Assembly (NCBI GenBank): GCA_047975025.1
Contig: JBKECY010000050.1
Span: forward strand, 38,055 to 102,054
DNA from: Lachnospiraceae bacterium
GTDB lineage: Bacteria; Bacillota; Clostridia; Lachnospirales; Lachnospiraceae
Reading direction: 5' to 3'
Length of the DNA: 64,000 nt
In this document: positions 19,286 through 29,059 of the stretch, one piece after another
Position numbering within the stretch: position 1 is the stretch's first letter
Layout of the letters: every line of letters starts with the position of its first letter
Made by a program: the position numbers and the translations under genes
Notes under the pieces: generated by a model
The model's database searches: none
The model's input: only the letters and a program-made list of their open reading frames with translations
Told to the model about the DNA's origin: nothing

Positions 19286-21058
19286 TTGGATGAATTACAG
19301 GCGAAACAGAAACGCTATCCGAACCTGAACAGCAGACTTTTACAGATGGTACCGGAAAGTGTGAAATATATTGCCGGGTCTGTCCTAAGTCAATGGATTG
19401 CATTATTGTGCAATATGGCGGTGATTTTCTCTGTATCCTTTGCAATCGCTTCGGCTGTGTCAGGCACAGCAGCGGACTACAAAATCCCCGCGATTATATT
19501 TGCAGTGGCCCTGCTGGTGCGCCAGTGTGCTATTCGAATACAGACCAGAATGCAGTTTCTTGCGACAACACAAGTCAAAGGTATTCTGCGCCGGCAGTTT
19601 TATCAAAAACTGCTGTCTATGGGAGAGGGGTACAAGGAGAAGATGTCAACAGGCGAAGTCGTGCAGATTATGGGCGAGGGTGTGGAGCAGTTGGAAACTT
19701 ATTTTGGCCAATACCTGCCCCAGCTGGTCTATGCAATCGCAGCCCCGCTGACTTTATTTGCGGTCATTGCGACATTTAGCCCCAGAACAGCGATTGTGCT
19801 GTTCGCCTTTGTTCCGCTGATTCCGGTCAGCATTATGCTGATCCAGAAGCTGGCAAGGCGGCTCCTGGCGAAATACTGGAAACGCTATACGGATCTGGGA
19901 GATGTGTTTCTCGAAAATACCCAGGGCCTGACAACACTTAAAATTTATCAGGCAGATGCCTACAAACAAAGGCAGATGGAAGAAAAATCCGAGCTTTTTC
20001 GAAAGGCAACAATGAAAGTACTCAGCATGCAGCTTAACTCTGTTACCATGATGGATATTATTGCGTTTGGTGGAGCGGCAGTGGGCGTAATTCTGGCTGT
20101 CACACAGGCGGCCTCCGGTCAATTGGCTTTGTTCTATGCACTGGCTATCATTTTGCTGTCCTCAGAATTTTTCATTCCTATGCGGATTCTGGGATCGTTC
20201 TTCCATATTGCCATGAATGGCATGGCGGCCGCACGCAAAATGTTCCGTATTCTGGATACCCCGGTGGAAGATCCGGGTGAAGAAGTCCTAGAACGGGTGC
20301 CGCAGACCATTTGCTTTGAAAATGTGAACTTTTCTTATACGCTGGATCGGCCGATTCTAAAAGATCTGACATTTCAGGCGGCTCCGGGGTCATTTATAGC
20401 AATCGCCGGTGTCTCGGGCAGCGGCAAAAGCACAATCGCCGGGCTGCTGACGGCAAGAAATAAAATGTATGAGGGAAGCATCACAATTGGGAAGCAGCAG
20501 TTAAAAGACATTCATGAAGCGAATCTTCATACCTATATATCATTGCTCCGGGATAAATCCTATCTGTTCACAGGAACCGTTCGTGAAAATCTGCTGATGG
20601 CAGATCCGAATGCCACGGATACACAGATGTGGGAGGCGTTGGAACAATCCCGTATTGCGGATTTCCTGCGTGGTGAAGCCGGTCTGGAAACTGTGCTGAC
20701 GGAACAGGGAATGAATCTGTCCGGAGGGCAGCGGCAGAGAATCGCGCTGGCCAGAGCACTTTTGCAAGATGCGCCGGTCTACATTTTTGACGAAGCCACC
20801 TCCAATATTGATGTGGAAAGTGAAGAAAGTATCTTACAGGTCATGCAGGAACTGGCACAGAAAAAGACAGTGATTATGGTATCGCACCGGCTGGCAAATA
20901 CAGTACATGCAGACAAAATTCTGGTACTGGAGCAAGGTGTGCTGGCGGAAACAGGGACACATAAGGAGCTTATGGCGTGCAAAGGGGTCTATGCCGCTAT
21001 GTATACTGCCCAGAAGAAGCTGGAGTCTTATACTCAGGAGGTGACAGAGCATGCGTAA
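19286..21058 (+). CDS. ABC exporter-type permease/ATPase, CydD-like half transporter
   Basis: TMD with six helices followed by an NBD (GVSGSGKST, LSGGQRQRIALARALL, IFDEATSNID). The proposed TTG start at 19286 follows an AAGGAGA Shine-Dalgarno sequence. In the ORF track it is fused in frame to the upstream ATPase. Confidence 0.75.
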   Translation: MDELQAKQKRYPNLNSRLLQMVPESVKYIAGSVLSQWIALLCNMAVIFSVSFAIASAVSGTAADYKIPAIIFAVALLVRQCAIRIQTRMQFLATTQVKGILRRQFYQKLLSMGEGYKEKMSTGEVVQIMGEGVEQLETYFGQYLPQLVYAIAAPLTLFAVIATFSPRTAIVLFAFVPLIPVSIMLIQKLARRLLAKYWKRYTDLGDVFLENTQGLTTLKIYQADAYKQRQMEEKSELFRKATMKVLSMQLNSVTMMDIIAFGGAAVGVILAVTQAASGQLALFYALAIILLSSEFFIPMRILGSFFHIAMNGMAAARKMFRILDTPVEDPGEEVLERVPQTICFENVNFSYTLDRPILKDLTFQAAPGSFIAIAGVSGSGKSTIAGLLTARNKMYEGSITIGKQQLKDIHEANLHTYISLLRDKSYLFTGTVRENLLMADPNATDTQMWEALEQSRIADFLRGEAGLETVLTEQGMNLSGGQRQRIALARALLQDAPVYIFDEATSNIDVESEESILQVMQELAQKKTVIMVSHRLANTVHADKILVLEQGVLAETGTHKELMACKGVYAAMYTAQKKLESYTQEVTEHA

Positions 21059-22712
21059 GAGAAAAACAATGGTAATTATGTTGAAATTAATCGTGCTGGT
21101 CCGCCCCATGCTGCCCATCATGTTTCTGGCAGTGCTTGCGGGGGTATTGGGCTTTTTGTGCGCATCTGCGATTACCTTGCTTGGCGGCTATGCTCTATTG
21201 GAAGTGTTTGATGTTTATACAACGGGGCTGGGGCTGACAACACTGTTGGTACTGGCCGTTGCAGCCGGCATTGGACGAGGACTGCTGCACTACGCTGAGC
21301 AGGCGGCAAATCACTATATTGCCTTTAAATTACTGGCTACGATTCGCAGTAAAGTGTTCAAAGCTTTGCGCAGGCTGGCACCGGCCAAACTCGAAGGCCG
21401 TAACAAAGGGGATCTGATTGCACTGATTACTTCCGACGTAGAGTTATTGGAGGTGTTCTATGCGCATACGATTTCTCCCATTGCCATTGCCATCCTTATG
21501 GTGGTACTGATGGTGCTTTATATCGGACAGTTCCACTGGATACTGGGAGCGGTCGCGCTGGGGGCCTATCTGCTGGTGGGAGCGGTCATTCCGATCATCA
21601 ACTCCGTTTTTGTCAATGCACCGGGGCATAAGCAGAGGACTTCCTTTGCCGCACTGAGCAGCTTCATTCTGGACAGTCTGCGGGGCCTGCCTGAGATTTT
21701 GCAGTATGGCGTGGGAGCGCTCAGAATGCAGCAGATGGCAGAACGTACGGGACAGCTGCAGATGCACCAGCAGAAATTAAAAAAGCATGAGGCACATACC
21801 AGAGGGTTTACGGATGCAGCCATTCTGCTGGCAGCGATTGCCATGCTGTTTACCTGCCTCTATCTGAACAGCCGGGGAGAACTTGCACCTGAGGCAATTT
21901 TACTGGCTGTAATTGCCCTGATGGGCTCGTTTGGACCGGTGACGGCTTTATCCAATCTGTCGAACAATCTGGCACTGACGCTCTCAAGCGGAGACCGCGT
22001 GCTGCAGATTCTGGAAGAAGAACCGGAGACGGAGGAGGTACGGCAGGGTGCAGATGTGGTATTCGAAGGTGCCGCCTGTGAGAATATAAGCTTTTCCTAT
22101 CAGGAAGAGACGATCCTGCGGGATATAAGCTTACAGATACAGCCCGGAAAAATCATTGGCATCACCGGCAAGAGTGGTTCCGGTAAATCAACGCTCTTAA
22201 AACTTTTGATGCGTTTCTGGGATACGGACAGAGGAAGTGTTACAATATCGCAGGAAGATATTCGGCATATCAACACAAGTGCCCTTCGTACGATGGAAAG
22301 TTATGTGACGCAGGAAACACAGCTGTTTGATGAGAGTATCGAAGAGAATATCCGGATTGCACGTCTTTCAGCCACAGATGAAGAGGTGGCTGAAGCTGCC
22401 AGGAAAGCGTCGCTGCACGATTTTATTACAACGCTGCCTGACGGGTATAAGACAAATGTCGGTGAACTTGGCGACAATCTGTCGGGAGGTGAGAGGCAGC
22501 GCATCGGCATTGCACGTGCGTTTTTAAGTAATGCCAGACTTATGCTGTTAGATGAGCCGACAAGCAATCTGGACAGCCTGAATGAGGGTGTGATTTTAAA
22601 ATCTGTCCGCAAAGAAAAAGAGGACCGTACGGTCGTGCTGGTGTCCCATAGAGAATCCACAATGCAGCTGGCAGATTACAGTTATTCGGTAGAAAACGGA
22701 CGATTGTCCTGA
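21051..22712 (+). CDS. ABC exporter-type permease/ATPase, CydC-like half transporter
   Basis: 553 aa. TMD plus NBD (GKSGSGKST, LSGGERQRIGIARAFL, LLDEPTSNLD). Its start overlaps the partner's stop by 8 nt. Confidence 0.85.
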   Translation: MRKRKTMVIMLKLIVLVRPMLPIMFLAVLAGVLGFLCASAITLLGGYALLEVFDVYTTGLGLTTLLVLAVAAGIGRGLLHYAEQAANHYIAFKLLATIRSKVFKALRRLAPAKLEGRNKGDLIALITSDVELLEVFYAHTISPIAIAILMVVLMVLYIGQFHWILGAVALGAYLLVGAVIPIINSVFVNAPGHKQRTSFAALSSFILDSLRGLPEILQYGVGALRMQQMAERTGQLQMHQQKLKKHEAHTRGFTDAAILLAAIAMLFTCLYLNSRGELAPEAILLAVIALMGSFGPVTALSNLSNNLALTLSSGDRVLQILEEEPETEEVRQGADVVFEGAACENISFSYQEETILRDISLQIQPGKIIGITGKSGSGKSTLLKLLMRFWDTDRGSVTISQEDIRHINTSALRTMESYVTQETQLFDESIEENIRIARLSATDEEVAEAARKASLHDFITTLPDGYKTNVGELGDNLSGGERQRIGIARAFLSNARLMLLDEPTSNLDSLNEGVILKSVRKEKEDRTVVLVSHRESTMQLADYSYSVENGRLS

Positions 22713-22727
22713 CAGAAGCAAGCTAAA

Positions 22728-22781
22728 GTGTTAAAAAATCCCTTGTCGCAAAAGAATTGCGGACAAGGGATTTTTTAACAC
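22728..22781. terminator. Bidirectional intrinsic terminator between convergent genes
   Basis: Perfect 20-bp inverted repeat GTGTTAAAAAATCCCTTGTC / GACAAGGGATTTTTTAACAC with a 14-nt loop. The A-run and T-run inside the arms provide a U-tract on either strand. Confidence 0.85.
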
Positions 22782-22819
22782 TTTTTTTGTGATTTTTTTC
22801 GTGATTTCTTTAGATTTCT

Positions 22820-23920
22820 TTAGCTTTCAGGATTGTAGAAGGAGCACAAAGAGCTGATTTTGGCACTCATATTGGCAAAGAGGGCATCCACAAGGCAGAG
22901 TGCAGTCATTGACTCTACAACGACAACGGCTCTGGGAACAATGACTGGGTCATGGCGCCCCTTGATGGAAACATCAATGTTCTCCTGCTTTTTATTGACC
23001 GTCTGCTGCAAGGCGGCAATGGATGCGGTAGGCTTAATAGAAGCACGCAGAATCAGTTCGCTGCCGTCACTGATGCCGCCGAGAATCCCCCCGGCATGGT
23101 TGGAACGTTTGCCGAGTGTACCATTCTCATAATAAAAGGAATCGTTGTTCTGCGATCCGGTACGTTTGGCTGTTTCGACACCGTCACCGATTTCAATCGC
23201 CTTGACAGCGCCGATGGACATGACAGCTTTTGCCAGATTCGCGTCAAGCTTTTCGAATACGGGGTCACCCAGTCCGGCGGGGAGTCCTTGTACGTGGCAG
23301 GCAATCACACCTCCGGAAGAATCGTTTTCCTTCATGCAGCCGAGTAAAAACTCCCGGGTCTGTTCGGCTGCCTGTTTGTCCGGCATAAAGAAATCATTCT
23401 TATAAATCTGTTCGTAGTCAAGCTCATGGCATTGGACAGGTCCGATGGACTGCGTATAGGTACGCACAGTAATACCGAGCATTTGCAGGATTTTCAGCGC
23501 AATGGCTCCCGCAGCAACTCTGCCGATGGTTTCCCGTCCTGAGGAGCGGCCGCCGCCGCGATAGTCACGAAAACCGTATTTTTGATCAAAGGTATAGTCT
23601 GCATGCCCCGGTCGATAGTAGGAGGCAATCTCACTATAATCGTGCGAACGCTGATCCGTATTACGCACCATGACCGAAATCGGGGTTCCCGTTGTCCGGC
23701 CTTTGAACACTCCCGAGAGAATGGATACGGAATCCACTTCCCGCCGGGAGGTGGTAAAAGAATTCTGGCCAGGGCGGCGCCGGTCAAGCTGGCGCTGCAG
23801 GTCTTCCTCGGTAAGAGGCAGGCCGGCAGGGCAGCCGTCAATTACGGCACCAAGTGCCGCGCCATGGGATTCGCCCCAGGTCGTTACTGTAAAATATCTT
23901 CCAAATGTAGAACCGCTCAT
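22820..23920 (-). CDS. aroC: Chorismate synthase
   Basis: 366 aa. The N-terminus FTVTTWGESHGAALGAVIDGCPAGL and the overall length are typical of AroC. Confidence 0.92.
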   Translation of the reverse strand: MSGSTFGRYFTVTTWGESHGAALGAVIDGCPAGLPLTEEDLQRQLDRRRPGQNSFTTSRREVDSVSILSGVFKGRTTGTPISVMVRNTDQRSHDYSEIASYYRPGHADYTFDQKYGFRDYRGGGRSSGRETIGRVAAGAIALKILQMLGITVRTYTQSIGPVQCHELDYEQIYKNDFFMPDKQAAEQTREFLLGCMKENDSSGGVIACHVQGLPAGLGDPVFEKLDANLAKAVMSIGAVKAIEIGDGVETAKRTGSQNNDSFYYENGTLGKRSNHAGGILGGISDGSELILRASIKPTASIAALQQTVNKKQENIDVSIKGRHDPVIVPRAVVVVESMTALCLVDALFANMSAKISSLCSFYNPES

Positions 23921-24025
23921 AAAATCTCCTTTATCCTTACAAAATAAACTCTTTTACTGTATTATAACGAAAGGTGAAATGTTTGTAAACATTCGATAAA
24001 TAAAAGGTTTTTGTGTTAGGAGTGT

Positions 24026-24054
24026 TTGACAAAATTCTTTGAACTGCTTATAAT
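24026..24054 (+). promoter_or_regulatory. Consensus sigma-70-type promoter upstream of corA
   Basis: TTGACA (24026-24031), 17 nt spacer, TATAAT (24049-24054). Confidence 0.7.
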
Positions 24055-24148
24055 GATAATGCACTATTTTTGCAAAAAAGCAAAGAGCTGAAATACTCGA
24101 GAAGCCTCTTGTTTCTCACATAAAACCGGAAAGAAGGGAAGTGTAGGA

Positions 24149-25090
24149 ATGCTTACGATATACAGGACAATAGATGGAAAGATCCAGGAAATCAATGAGC
24201 CGCAGGCAGGCTGCTGGATTACCATGACGAACCCGACAGCGGACGAAATTTTTTCAATCTCTGATTTATATAATATTGAAGTCGCGGACCTGCGCTCCTC
24301 TCTGGATGAGGAAGAGCGCTCCCGTATTGAGGTAGAGGATGAATATACGCTGATTCTGGTAGATGTACCAATTATCGAGGAAAGAAATGATAAAGACTGG
24401 TATGGTACCATACCGCTTGGTATTATAGTGACAGACGATGCCATTATCACAGTCTGTCTGCAGGAGACCGCAGTACTGACTCGTTTTATGGATGGTAGAG
24501 TACGCAACTTTTTCACCTATATGAAGACCAGATTCATACTTCAGATCCTGTATCGAAATGCGACGATGTATCTGCATTATCTGCGTATTATTGACAGGAA
24601 GAGCGAGCAGGTGGAAGAGCAGCTGCACGTATCGACGAGAAACCAGGAGTTGATTGAACTGCTGGAGCTTGAGAAGAGTCTGGTATATTTTACCACTTCG
24701 CTGCGCTCCAATGAAGTGGTGCTGGAGAAGCTTTTGAAGGTGGAGAGAATTAAGCAGTATCCGGAAGATACGGAATTGCTGGAAGATGTAATTATTGAGA
24801 ATAAGCAGGCAATTGAGATGTCGAATATATACAGCGGCATTTTAAGCGGAATGATGGATGCATTTGCGTCTGTCATATCGAACAACCTGAATATTGTCAT
24901 GAAATTTTTGGCAACTGTGACCATCGTTATGTCGATACCTACGATGATCTTTAGTGCCTATGGGATGAACTTAAATGCCGAAGGCATGCCGTTCTCTCAG
25001 AGCCCATATGGTTTTTGGGTGGTAATTTTGGTGTCGCTGTTGATTAGCTTGATCGTAGCCCTTGTTTTCTCGAAAAAGAAGCTTTTCTAG
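24149..25090 (+). CDS. corA: Magnesium/cobalt transporter CorA
   Basis: 313 aa. Cytoplasmic domain plus two C-terminal TM helices with the YGMN signature (FSAYGMNL). Confidence 0.9.
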   Translation: MLTIYRTIDGKIQEINEPQAGCWITMTNPTADEIFSISDLYNIEVADLRSSLDEEERSRIEVEDEYTLILVDVPIIEERNDKDWYGTIPLGIIVTDDAIITVCLQETAVLTRFMDGRVRNFFTYMKTRFILQILYRNATMYLHYLRIIDRKSEQVEEQLHVSTRNQELIELLELEKSLVYFTTSLRSNEVVLEKLLKVERIKQYPEDTELLEDVIIENKQAIEMSNIYSGILSGMMDAFASVISNNLNIVMKFLATVTIVMSIPTMIFSAYGMNLNAEGMPFSQSPYGFWVVILVSLLISLIVALVFSKKKLF

Positions 25091-25120
25091 GAGAGAGCAG
25101 GCGGTCATGTCTGGAGGAAT

Positions 25121-25957
25121 ATGAATTTTATTTACAAATTAGAACGCAAATATGGTAAATTTGGAATCAAGAACCTGACACTTTACATTATGATTTGTTA
25201 TGTCATTGGCTTTGCGCTGGACATATTGTTTCCGTCAATCCTGCCTTTTCTGACACTCAACCCGTATTATATTCTGCAGGGACAGGTCTGGAGGCTTGTC
25301 AGCTGGCTGTTAATACCGCCTTCCGGCGCCAGTATTTTTGTAATCATCATGCTCTTGTTCTACTACTCAATTGGTACGTCACTTGAGAGGGCATGGGGAA
25401 GCTTTCGGTATACGTTGTATATCTTTTCAGGCATTATCTTCACGATACTGGCTGCATTCCTGCTTTTTATATTGACCGGAGATGCAAGTACAAGTGTCAG
25501 CTACCAGTTTTCAACGTACTATATCAGCATGTCGATTTTTCTAGCGTTTGCTGCAACCTACCCGGACATGCAGGTTCTTCTATACTTTGTCATACCAATC
25601 AAGGTCAAGTGGCTTGCCTACGTCAATGTTGCGCTGCTTTTGTATAGTGCTTTTACGGGAATTCGACAGGGAACCTGGGCAGTCCTGTATGTGATCGTGG
25701 CATCACTTTTGAACTTTATATTGTTTTTCCTGGGAACCCGCAATATCAAGAGATTTCATCCCAAGGAAGTGCGCCGCAAGAAGGAATTCACACACGCTGT
25801 CAGTAAGAGCCGGGCAGAAAATGCGACGCATAAGTGTACAATCTGCGGACAGACGAATCTGGACAACCCGGATTTGGAATTTAGATTTTGCTCAAAATGC
25901 AAGGGAAATCATGAATATTGTCAGGAACACTTGTTTACACACCAACATATCAAATAG
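25121..25957 (+). CDS. Rhomboid-fold-like polytopic membrane protein with C-terminal Cys4-type zinc ribbon; no obvious catalytic GxSG motif
   Basis: 278 aa. QVWRLVSW and G..LE...G..RY..IY..SGI resemble rhomboid TM2/TM3. The C-terminus is HKCTICGQ...FCSKCKGNHEYC. Confidence 0.5.
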   Translation: MNFIYKLERKYGKFGIKNLTLYIMICYVIGFALDILFPSILPFLTLNPYYILQGQVWRLVSWLLIPPSGASIFVIIMLLFYYSIGTSLERAWGSFRYTLYIFSGIIFTILAAFLLFILTGDASTSVSYQFSTYYISMSIFLAFAATYPDMQVLLYFVIPIKVKWLAYVNVALLLYSAFTGIRQGTWAVLYVIVASLLNFILFFLGTRNIKRFHPKEVRRKKEFTHAVSKSRAENATHKCTICGQTNLDNPDLEFRFCSKCKGNHEYCQEHLFTHQHIK

Positions 25958-25969
25958 GAGGGACAGGCA

Positions 25970-27406
25970 TTGAGGAGAACGAAAATCATCTGTACAATGG
26001 GACCGCAGACTAATTCCATGGAAATGCTGCGCGAACTGGTCAAAAATGGAATGAATGTTGCAAGATTCAATTTTTCACATGGCGACTATGAAGAGCACAA
26101 GCAGCGTATGGATATGGTCAAGGCTGTACGTGAGGAACTGGATACGCCCATCGCATTGCTGCTGGATACCAAAGGTCCGGAGATCAGAACAGGGCGTCTG
26201 GAGGGCGGACAAAAGGTCTGTCTGGAGGTCGGAGAAACCGTCGTACTGACAACGGAAGACATTGTAGGTACCAGTGAGAGAGTTTCAATTAATTATCCGC
26301 TGCTGCCCTCTGAAATCAGTGCGGGACAGCGGATTCTACTGGACGACGGATTGTTCGAGCTTATTGTAGAGCAGATTCAAGGGACAGAAATCACCTGTTC
26401 TATCATCAATGGAGGAGAGTTAGGTGAGAAAAAGGGCGTGAATGTCCCGGATGTGGAACTCAAGCTTCCAAGTATTACTGCGCAGGATGAACAGGATATT
26501 TTGTTTGGAATATCGCAGAACATCAGCTATGTGGCGGCATCTTTTGTCAGGGATGACGATGCCATCTTAAAAATCAGAAATCTGCTGAACAGCCATGACG
26601 GAGAACATATAGGTATCATCGCAAAAATTGAGAATTCCCAAGGGGTCAGAAATATTGACAAAATCATACGTGCGGCCGATGGCATTATGGTAGCCCGTGG
26701 AGATTTGGGTGTGGAAATCCCGGCAAGTCAGGTACCGTATATTCAAAAGGAAATTATCAAGAAGTGCAATGACAGCTATGTGCCGGTCATTACGGCCACG
26801 CAGATGCTCGATTCCATGATTCGTAATCCGCGTCCGACCAGAGCCGAGGTTGCGGATGTGGCGAATGCTATTTATGACGGAACAGATGCCATCATGCTCT
26901 CCGGTGAGACGGCAGCGGGCAAATATCCGGTTGAGGCACTGCGTATGATGGTTGAGATTGCTGAAACAACAGAGGAATATGTTGACAATACCTGTCATGT
27001 AAGCCACAGAAGTATGTACCGCAAGCAGAATGTCTCAAGCGCAGTGGGAAGTGCCGCTGTGGCAGCTTCGCAGAACATCGGAGCTGTGGCAATCGTAACG
27101 CCGACAATTTCAGGCAGAACGGCTCGATTGATTTCAAGCTTTCGGCCGGAGGTTCCCATTTATGCAATTACACCGAATGAGTCGGTTATGCACAAACTGC
27201 AGCTATTCTGGGGTGTGACACCTATGATGGGGTCCGCGATGACTACGACTGAGTTTATAATTAAGCAGGCGATGAAATCCATTAAGCAAAGAGATCTTGT
27301 CCAAAAGGGAGACCTGATCGTATTTACTGCGGGCGATCCTGCCACAAATCTGGTAACTGGAGTCGGAGCTGTGACGAACATGATGCATATAATTGAAGCA
27401 CTATAA
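25970..27406 (+). CDS. pyk: Pyruvate kinase
   Basis: 478 aa. TTG start after an AGGAGGGA Shine-Dalgarno sequence. Motifs: TKIICTMGP, MNVARFNFSHG, MVARGDLGVEIP. Confidence 0.93.
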   Translation: MRRTKIICTMGPQTNSMEMLRELVKNGMNVARFNFSHGDYEEHKQRMDMVKAVREELDTPIALLLDTKGPEIRTGRLEGGQKVCLEVGETVVLTTEDIVGTSERVSINYPLLPSEISAGQRILLDDGLFELIVEQIQGTEITCSIINGGELGEKKGVNVPDVELKLPSITAQDEQDILFGISQNISYVAASFVRDDDAILKIRNLLNSHDGEHIGIIAKIENSQGVRNIDKIIRAADGIMVARGDLGVEIPASQVPYIQKEIIKKCNDSYVPVITATQMLDSMIRNPRPTRAEVADVANAIYDGTDAIMLSGETAAGKYPVEALRMMVEIAETTEEYVDNTCHVSHRSMYRKQNVSSAVGSAAVAASQNIGAVAIVTPTISGRTARLISSFRPEVPIYAITPNESVMHKLQLFWGVTPMMGSAMTTTEFIIKQAMKSIKQRDLVQKGDLIVFTAGDPATNLVTGVGAVTNMMHIIEAL

Positions 27407-27427
27407 TACACTTAAGAGGAGAGCAGT

Positions 27428-28717
27428 ATGGGAAAAAAGCCATTCGTAACGCTGGAGCAAATTGAAACGATTACAACGACATATCCGACACCTTTTCACA
27501 TCTACGACGAGAAAGGTTTGCGCGCCAATGCACAGGCATTGCTGGACGCTTTTTCATGGAATCAAGGATTTAAAGAGTTTTTTGCGGTCAAGGCCAACCC
27601 CAACCCGTTTCTGATTGAGATTCTCAAGGAATATGGATTTGGATGTGACTGTTCATCGCTTACAGAGCTGATGCTTTCCAAAGAGATGGGATTCTCAGGC
27701 AGTGAGATCATGTTTTCTTCGAATGATACACCGGCACAGGAATTTCGTTATGCTTACGAGCAGGATGCGACCATCAATTTAGATGATATTACCCACATTG
27801 CATTTCTGGAAGAAGCACTCGGAACGCTCCCTAAGAAGATCAGCTGCCGGTATAACCCGGGCGGACTCTTTAAAATCAGTACGGACATTATGGACAATCC
27901 CGGTGATGCCAAATACGGAATGACGACAGAGCAGTTGTTCGAAGCATTTCGTATTCTTAAGAGCAAAGGTGTGGAAGAGTTTGGAATTCATGCTTTTCTG
28001 GCGAGCAATACAGTTACGAATGAATATTATCCTACACTGGCCAAGACGCTGTTCGAAGTCGCAGTGAAGCTGCAGCAGGAAACAGGAGCTAAAGTATCCT
28101 TTATTAATCTTTCCGGTGGTATTGGTATACCGTATACACCGGAGCAGGCACCCAATGATATTGCTGTCATAGGTAAAAATGTACAAAAGGTATATGATGA
28201 AGTCCTGACAGCCGCAGGTATGGGGGATGTGGCACTGTATACGGAGCTGGGCCGTTTTATTACAGGACCGTATGGCGCACTGGTCACGAAAGCAATCCAT
28301 GCAAAGCATACACATAAAGAATATATTGGATGCGATGCGTGTGCGGTGAATCTGATGCGTCCAGCTATGTATGGAGCCTATCACCATATTACGGTTCTGG
28401 GAAAAGAAGATGCCCCTAAGGATCATGTCTATGATATTACAGGCTCTCTGTGCGAGAACAATGACAAGTTCGCGATCGACAGAGAACTGCCGGAAATTGC
28501 AACGGGAGATTATCTGGTGATTCATGATACCGGTGCACATGGTCATGCGATGGGATACAATTACAACGGCAAGCTTAAGTCGGCAGAACTGCTGCTGCAA
28601 AGCGATGGAGAAGTCAAACTGATTCGGCGTGCAGAGACACCGAAGGATTATTTTGCCACGCTGGATCTCTTTCCGATATATGAGAAGTTAAAGGCAGAAA
28701 CAGATCGAATCATGTAA
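27428..28717 (+). CDS. lysA: PLP-dependent Orn/DAP/Arg-decarboxylase family 2 enzyme, most likely diaminopimelate decarboxylase
   Basis: 429 aa. YPTPFHIYDE, the PLP-Lys motif FFAVKANPN, and C-terminal GAHGHAMGYNYNG. Confidence 0.7.
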   Translation: MGKKPFVTLEQIETITTTYPTPFHIYDEKGLRANAQALLDAFSWNQGFKEFFAVKANPNPFLIEILKEYGFGCDCSSLTELMLSKEMGFSGSEIMFSSNDTPAQEFRYAYEQDATINLDDITHIAFLEEALGTLPKKISCRYNPGGLFKISTDIMDNPGDAKYGMTTEQLFEAFRILKSKGVEEFGIHAFLASNTVTNEYYPTLAKTLFEVAVKLQQETGAKVSFINLSGGIGIPYTPEQAPNDIAVIGKNVQKVYDEVLTAAGMGDVALYTELGRFITGPYGALVTKAIHAKHTHKEYIGCDACAVNLMRPAMYGAYHHITVLGKEDAPKDHVYDITGSLCENNDKFAIDRELPEIATGDYLVIHDTGAHGHAMGYNYNGKLKSAELLLQSDGEVKLIRRAETPKDYFATLDLFPIYEKLKAETDRIM

Positions 28718-28761
28718 TTTGTTCTTTTAGAAACTGTGCAGCTTTTTTACAATCGTTGTAC

Positions 28762-28790
28762 TTGACTAAAAAAATTGTTGATGGTAAAAT
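28762..28790 (+). promoter_or_regulatory. Sigma-70-type promoter for the riboswitch-led transcript
   Basis: TTGACT (28762-28767), 17 nt spacer, TAAAAT (28785-28790), about 20 nt upstream of the riboswitch P1 helix. Confidence 0.6.
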
Positions 28791-28812
28791 GTACACAATT
28801 AAATATAACACA

Positions 28813-28979
28813 CAAGTAAGTGAGTCTGGTCTTGTACCAGAATTAGAGGGAATTAGGTTAGAGTCCTAAGCGATCCGGTCACTGTATTTGGATATGCGTC
28901 GTTTATGAAACCATTGTAGAGGAATCTATGAGAAGGGAAGCGGCGTGACAGTCCATAAGTCAGGAAACCTGCTTACTTG
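28813..28979 (+). promoter_or_regulatory. Cobalamin (B12) riboswitch aptamer
   Basis: An 8-bp P1 helix closes the element (CAAGTAAG 28813-28820 / CTTACTTG 28972-28979). The conserved core reads AGAGGGAATTAGGTTAGAGTCCTAAGCGATCCGGTCACTGT, and the B12 box is AAGTCAGGAAACCTGC (28957-28972). Confidence 0.88.
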
Positions 28980-29030
28980 GCAGAGGTGTAACTTCCGAGA
29001 AAAGTTGGAACCTATAGTTGATAACCATTA

Positions 29031-29059
29031 GTGTCTATTCATAGGAATAGGCACTTTTT
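29031..29059 (+). terminator. Intrinsic terminator of the riboswitch expression platform
   Basis: GTGTCTATT-CATAGG-AATAGGCAC hairpin (one G-U pair) followed by TTTTT. It lies 89 nt upstream of the ATG at 29148. Confidence 0.75.

Noticed and set aside
24055-24148. There might be an Mg2+ (M-box) riboswitch upstream of corA.
   Set aside because: The leader between the consensus promoter and the start codon is only about 90 nt and lacks M-box conserved segments.
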